NCBI GenBank assembly: GCA_051546255.1
Contig: CP128819.1
Span: 806,001-870,000, forward strand
Reading direction: 5' to 3'
Origin: Meyerozyma guilliermondii
Taxonomy: Eukaryota
DNA: 64,000 bases
In this document: positions 60,439-64,000 of the stretch, one piece after another
How positions within the stretch are numbered: the stretch's first letter is position 1
Layout: the number at the start of each line of letters is the position of its first letter
Notes under the pieces: generated by a model
Seen by the model: only the letters and a program-made list of their open reading frames with translations
Databases searched by the model: none
What the model was told of the DNA's origin: nothing
Program-made: the position numbers and the translations under genes

Positions 60439-63400
60439 TCAATTAAGGATACCTTTTTTAACAAACTCTCTTCTGGTGGAAGAGATGAATTCCAAAAACT
60501 TGGCAGGGTTGGAATCGATACCTCTGGTGTACACAAACCGCGACGCCAAATGGGTTGCAAAAAGTGCCCGCAAGTAAGCCTCAGGAACACGCAGAATAAT
60601 CTTTTCAATTCCAACGGCCTTAAGAAGCAAAGGAGGCAACGAGTCAACCAACACAGCGTTTCTGAACTCGACATCGTCGTTCCACAATTCTTTGGAGTTG
60701 GCCAATTCGTCAGCAAGTTTGTTAATTGCCAACGACAACTGGTCGGAAAGCACTGTGATTGGCGTGCCCGTCTCCTTCTTCAACGCCCACAACACCTCAA
60801 ACTCAGCCTGGGCATTAGCCACAATTTTGTCTTGTACATCCTTGACATAATGCTCGTAAAACTGTGGCTTGGTTCCAGACGAATCCACACACATGTTCTC
60901 CAAAAACTCATTGTCTTCAAGAGATAAAGCGGCCAAAACCTCCAACGAAGAAGACGTTACACCTCCCTTATTGGTTGAAGCATCCTTGAAAATGATACAT
61001 CCTGCCGCCTCCAAAATGAGCTTGGCGGATTGGGTGATAAACAAGTTGGCACCTTCAACAAAGTAAGGAACAACTGACTTACCGGTCTTCTCGTCGATCA
61101 ATTCATGGATGTTGTTGGTGTCAATAGCAGCTGGACGACCACCACAAGGAACAAACAAATCGACACCGCTGAGTCCATACATTTCCTTGATTTTCAAGTG
61201 GAATGTGTTTCTGAACGTGGTTCCATTTCCAACCGTTATTCCATTTGGCAAGCGGACATCAACGTCATCTACCAACACCACGTAACCTTCAGAAGAGAGC
61301 TTGGATTTGTCGTAGTTATCGATCATCTTTCTCTCCTTTGCAAGCCTCAAAAGTTCAGCTTTGTCAAGACCATTTGGATCACCAAGAACACCAGAACCAT
61401 CAACAATTCCAACATACTTTTCGTCTCTGGAAAGCAAGATCTCATTACTTCCCAAGTCACCATCTGGGCCTCCGGTCTGAATCTTACGGACTGTAGCATT
61501 GTCAATGTTGAGCTTCTCGTATATCTTGTTCACGTACGCTCTGACTGAAAGAGTGGTCATACCGTACTCATCGTGAGGAATGCCTCCCAATTGGGGACTC
61601 TTACCAGTGAGGAAAGATCTCCACCATGGTGCACCTCTTCCACGAGCATGTTGAGTGGCCCAATCCACATAGTGGGCAGTACCCTCGTCAGGACCCAAAA
61701 ACAAAATTTCGGGCTTGTTGTACAAATCAACATAGGCATCTTTGACATCTGGAATATTTTGCTTCAACAACAAGTCGATCAAAGCATCAATGTATTTCTC
61801 AAAGCATGCTCTGGGTCTTTCTTGAGCAACACCGTGATCTAACAAGATAACACCCTTCGACCCACCTTCAGGAATATCCTTATTTTTCTTTTGCTGAGTA
61901 CTTGCCAAGTTGTAATTTTCATCAAAGAGACTTCTGCAGTTGACATTGTAGGCATCTTCTGAACGAGAGCGAACAATTCTGATACCTCCTCTAGCAATGT
62001 CTCTGAATCTAATGTGGAAACCACGGAAGTCGCTTCCAACAACAAAGAACATACCATAAGGTTTATCAGGATATTCAGAAGTGGGCAAGAAAGCAGGGTC
62101 CAATCTGAACGAAAGGGCAACCTTGGTAGAAGTGTAAAAGTTGGTCTTCAAAATGGACTTGTTGAACATGTGCAAAGCTCTCAATACAAGCACATGGTGT
62201 TCGTTCTGAGAACACTCTCGGTTCAAAAGATGTTCAAACTCTTCATCTGAACCAACAGGAGTGATTTGCGACAATCTTTGGTACGACAAGGTTTTTTCCA
62301 TTGACGAGCGAATGTAGTGTACGTCGGCGAACAGGCGGTACAACTTTCTAACAATGTCACGTCTGACGTCAAACACCTCTTGAATGTATTTCTGAGTGTA
62401 AGTCTCAGATCTCAAACGCTTCTTCAAGCTGCTCAAGACCTCGGCGTGTTGGGTCGATTTGGAAGGATCAAGAAGCGAGGTAAGCTTCGAGTATTCAGGA
62501 CCCAATCTATTCAAAAAATGGGTGACAAAGATCACACCAGATTGAGCATAGATACTCTCCTGCAACGACAATTCACCCTTGGTAAATCTGTCGTGGAAAA
62601 AGTTGTGAGGAATGCAGTACAACAAAGATGCCTCCTTGATGACTTGGTAGATGGACAAATCGGCTGGCGATTTCTTGAACTTGGAGGTCACATACATGGA
62701 AATGATGGTGACTCCGTTGGCAAACTGTTCCACGTACTTACGAGTAGTTTGCAACTTGTAGTAGTTGGCCAAATCACTCAAAGCAGAATTGTATCTGGCA
62801 GAAGTTTTCTGTTTGTAACCAATCACCACTCTGAACTCGTCGGAGTCTTCGAGAGGGTAGTGCTTGATCACTGGACCCGTGGTAACCACCACCTTTTTGA
62901 TGATATCCGAGTATATTTGCTTAGTGTTGGGAGAAGCAATCTGCAAGAATGTAGTGTCACCAATTTTGTTGATATCGGTTTCTTCGGGGGAAACATCCTT
63001 GTGCTTGTAATTGTTCTTGTACACAAAGTAACATCTGAAAAGTTGGTCCTTCATCTTTTGATTCTGGGACTTTTCAAAAACACCCGACAAGATGGCATCA
63101 GCAGAGTAGTTGAGAGGAGCAGTGAAATACTCGGCTCTGTAACTGGTGTCGGTCAATTTGTAAGAAGGATCAATGTACTTGTCATCAACCTTTTCCTCAA
63201 AACGATTCCGCTTGTATGACGAATTCAGAAGCGCTGTGGTGTCAAAGAACACTGCGTGGTCATCACCCTCCCTCTTGTAATGGATGAGTGAATCATCAGA
63301 AACGTCTGAGGCGTAAGCCTGGACCTTACACGAGTACAAGGCGTGGATGTGACCAGCAATTTCTTCAGCAGATTCTCTGGCAAAGAACACATCATCAATT

Positions 63401-63609
63401 CCCAAATGGTCGTAGAACCAGCGAGCTTCTGACTCAATCAAAGATTCAGGAATGAAGCCAGTGTTGTCCAAGATGTCCAAAACTTGATCATACTGAGCTT
63501 TCTTACCAGAAAATGGACTATTGATGTAGCCACGCTTCAAACTTAAGACGGAAGACGAATTGGAAGTGGTCCTGTTTAAGGACAAGTTCTGAATATCAAC
63601 GTCAGCCAT
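60439..63609 (-). CDS. GDH2: NAD-specific glutamate dehydrogenase
   Basis: FRGFHIRFRDIARGGIR, KNKDIPEGGSKG, GPDEGTA, GGPDGDLGSNE, PCGGRP, VEGANLF and NKGGVTSSSLEV motifs. Confidence 0.98.
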   Translation of the reverse strand: MADVDIQNLSLNRTTSNSSSVLSLKRGYINSPFSGKKAQYDQVLDILDNTGFIPESLIESEARWFYDHLGIDDVFFARESAEEIAGHIHALYSCKVQAYASDVSDDSLIHYKREGDDHAVFFDTTALLNSSYKRNRFEEKVDDKYIDPSYKLTDTSYRAEYFTAPLNYSADAILSGVFEKSQNQKMKDQLFRCYFVYKNNYKHKDVSPEETDINKIGDTTFLQIASPNTKQIYSDIIKKVVVTTGPVIKHYPLEDSDEFRVVIGYKQKTSARYNSALSDLANYYKLQTTRKYVEQFANGVTIISMYVTSKFKKSPADLSIYQVIKEASLLYCIPHNFFHDRFTKGELSLQESIYAQSGVIFVTHFLNRLGPEYSKLTSLLDPSKSTQHAEVLSSLKKRLRSETYTQKYIQEVFDVRRDIVRKLYRLFADVHYIRSSMEKTLSYQRLSQITPVGSDEEFEHLLNRECSQNEHHVLVLRALHMFNKSILKTNFYTSTKVALSFRLDPAFLPTSEYPDKPYGMFFVVGSDFRGFHIRFRDIARGGIRIVRSRSEDAYNVNCRSLFDENYNLASTQQKKNKDIPEGGSKGVILLDHGVAQERPRACFEKYIDALIDLLLKQNIPDVKDAYVDLYNKPEILFLGPDEGTAHYVDWATQHARGRGAPWWRSFLTGKSPQLGGIPHDEYGMTTLSVRAYVNKIYEKLNIDNATVRKIQTGGPDGDLGSNEILLSRDEKYVGIVDGSGVLGDPNGLDKAELLRLAKERKMIDNYDKSKLSSEGYVVLVDDVDVRLPNGITVGNGTTFRNTFHLKIKEMYGLSGVDLFVPCGGRPAAIDTNNIHELIDEKTGKSVVPYFVEGANLFITQSAKLILEAAGCIIFKDASTNKGGVTSSSLEVLAALSLEDNEFLENMCVDSSGTKPQFYEHYVKDVQDKIVANAQAEFEVLWALKKETGTPITVLSDQLSLAINKLADELANSKELWNDDVEFRNAVLVDSLPPLLLKAVGIEKIILRVPEAYLRALFATHLASRFVYTRGIDSNPAKFLEFISSTRREFVKKGILN

Positions 63610-63806
63610 CGGTAAAGATTTGTTTAAATGTAATCGAATACGATTTTATACGAAGATTATCCTTGTAGATTCAAAACGGCGGTTTTCGTATAATTAAAAC
63701 TTGCGATATTTGTGCTCTATATATACGCAGTTGCAGACCCCAACAAAGGTGACGCCCGGTAACTTCTGCGGCGCTGGAGGGGCGGACGGAAATCATTAGG
63801 GGTGAA

Positions 63807-63967
63807 TTCCGAGGGTATTTCCGAGGGGTGTGGGGCCAAATTTAGCAGTGCGCCAAGGTGAGCGCCGAGGGTGGCCGGGCGATGAAGGAGAGTTCGGGTG
63901 CATACTTCCGAGGGCAAAATAAGCTGTGTGCGGCAGTCCGACTCCGACTTTACAACGAATTCCGAGG
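63807..63967 (+). promoter_or_regulatory. Cluster of TTCCGAGG(G) direct repeats upstream of GDH2
   Basis: TTCCGAGGG at 63807, 63819 and 63906; CCGAGGG at 63865; TTCCGAGG at 63960. Confidence 0.6.
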
Positions 63968-64000
63968 TCAGAAGAGGGGGAATAATAAGGCAGTTATTAT

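Noticed and set aside
62317..63219. 300-aa antisense ORF inside GDH2 (similarly 24806-25579 in tricalbin and 49044-49655 in KEX2)
   Set aside because: Stop-free antisense frames are a common product of codon bias, and these show no protein-like motifs.
1..64000. tRNA, rRNA, transposon/LTR, CRISPR or horizontally acquired cluster
   Set aside because: None recognised by eye. The repeat arrays seen are short and lack unique spacers or associated genes.

Overview
Gene-dense nuclear chromosome segment of a budding yeast of the CUG-Ser (CTG) clade. Conserved serines are encoded by CTG in SLA1, IME4, RPA190, NAR1 and SEH1. It looks Debaryomycetaceae/Meyerozyma-like, but the species cannot be confirmed from sequence alone. 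The window holds about 37 protein-coding genes, mostly housekeeping: MNN4-like (partial), COX13, CDC55, RPS26, COX4, a 2-hydroxyacid dehydrogenase, SLA1, IME4, MPO1, STT3, PIB2, FUN14, RPA190, tricalbin, an LtrA-family protein, RSM25, a PPR-like protein, EXP1, YFH1, an SP-RING SUMO-ligase-like protein, MAM3, a HAL-family kinase, HFL1, AIM23, NAR1, YTP1, KEX2, ZWF1, NSA1, SEH1, ALG7, VRP1, DPH7 and GDH2. Features missing from the ORF track are a minus-strand snR190-U14(snR128) dicistronic snoRNA unit with a long flanking duplex, a 56-aa complex I B12/NB2M gene, and three spliceosomal introns ending in the same TACTAACTCAG (RPS26 and COX4 5' UTRs, and a 4-codon first exon of tricalbin). Regulatory motifs include CCGCCAAT boxes on three OXPHOS genes, PAC/RRPE, Puf3 elements and clustered CCG motifs. 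I saw no tRNA, rRNA, transposon or CRISPR array. I found no clearly novel multi-gene system. The best candidates for new biology are the truncated, insertion-bearing SP-RING protein, two uncharacterised small membrane ORFs, the snoRNA-processing duplex and the repeat array in the COX4 intron. All family assignments are from motif recognition and recall, not database searches.
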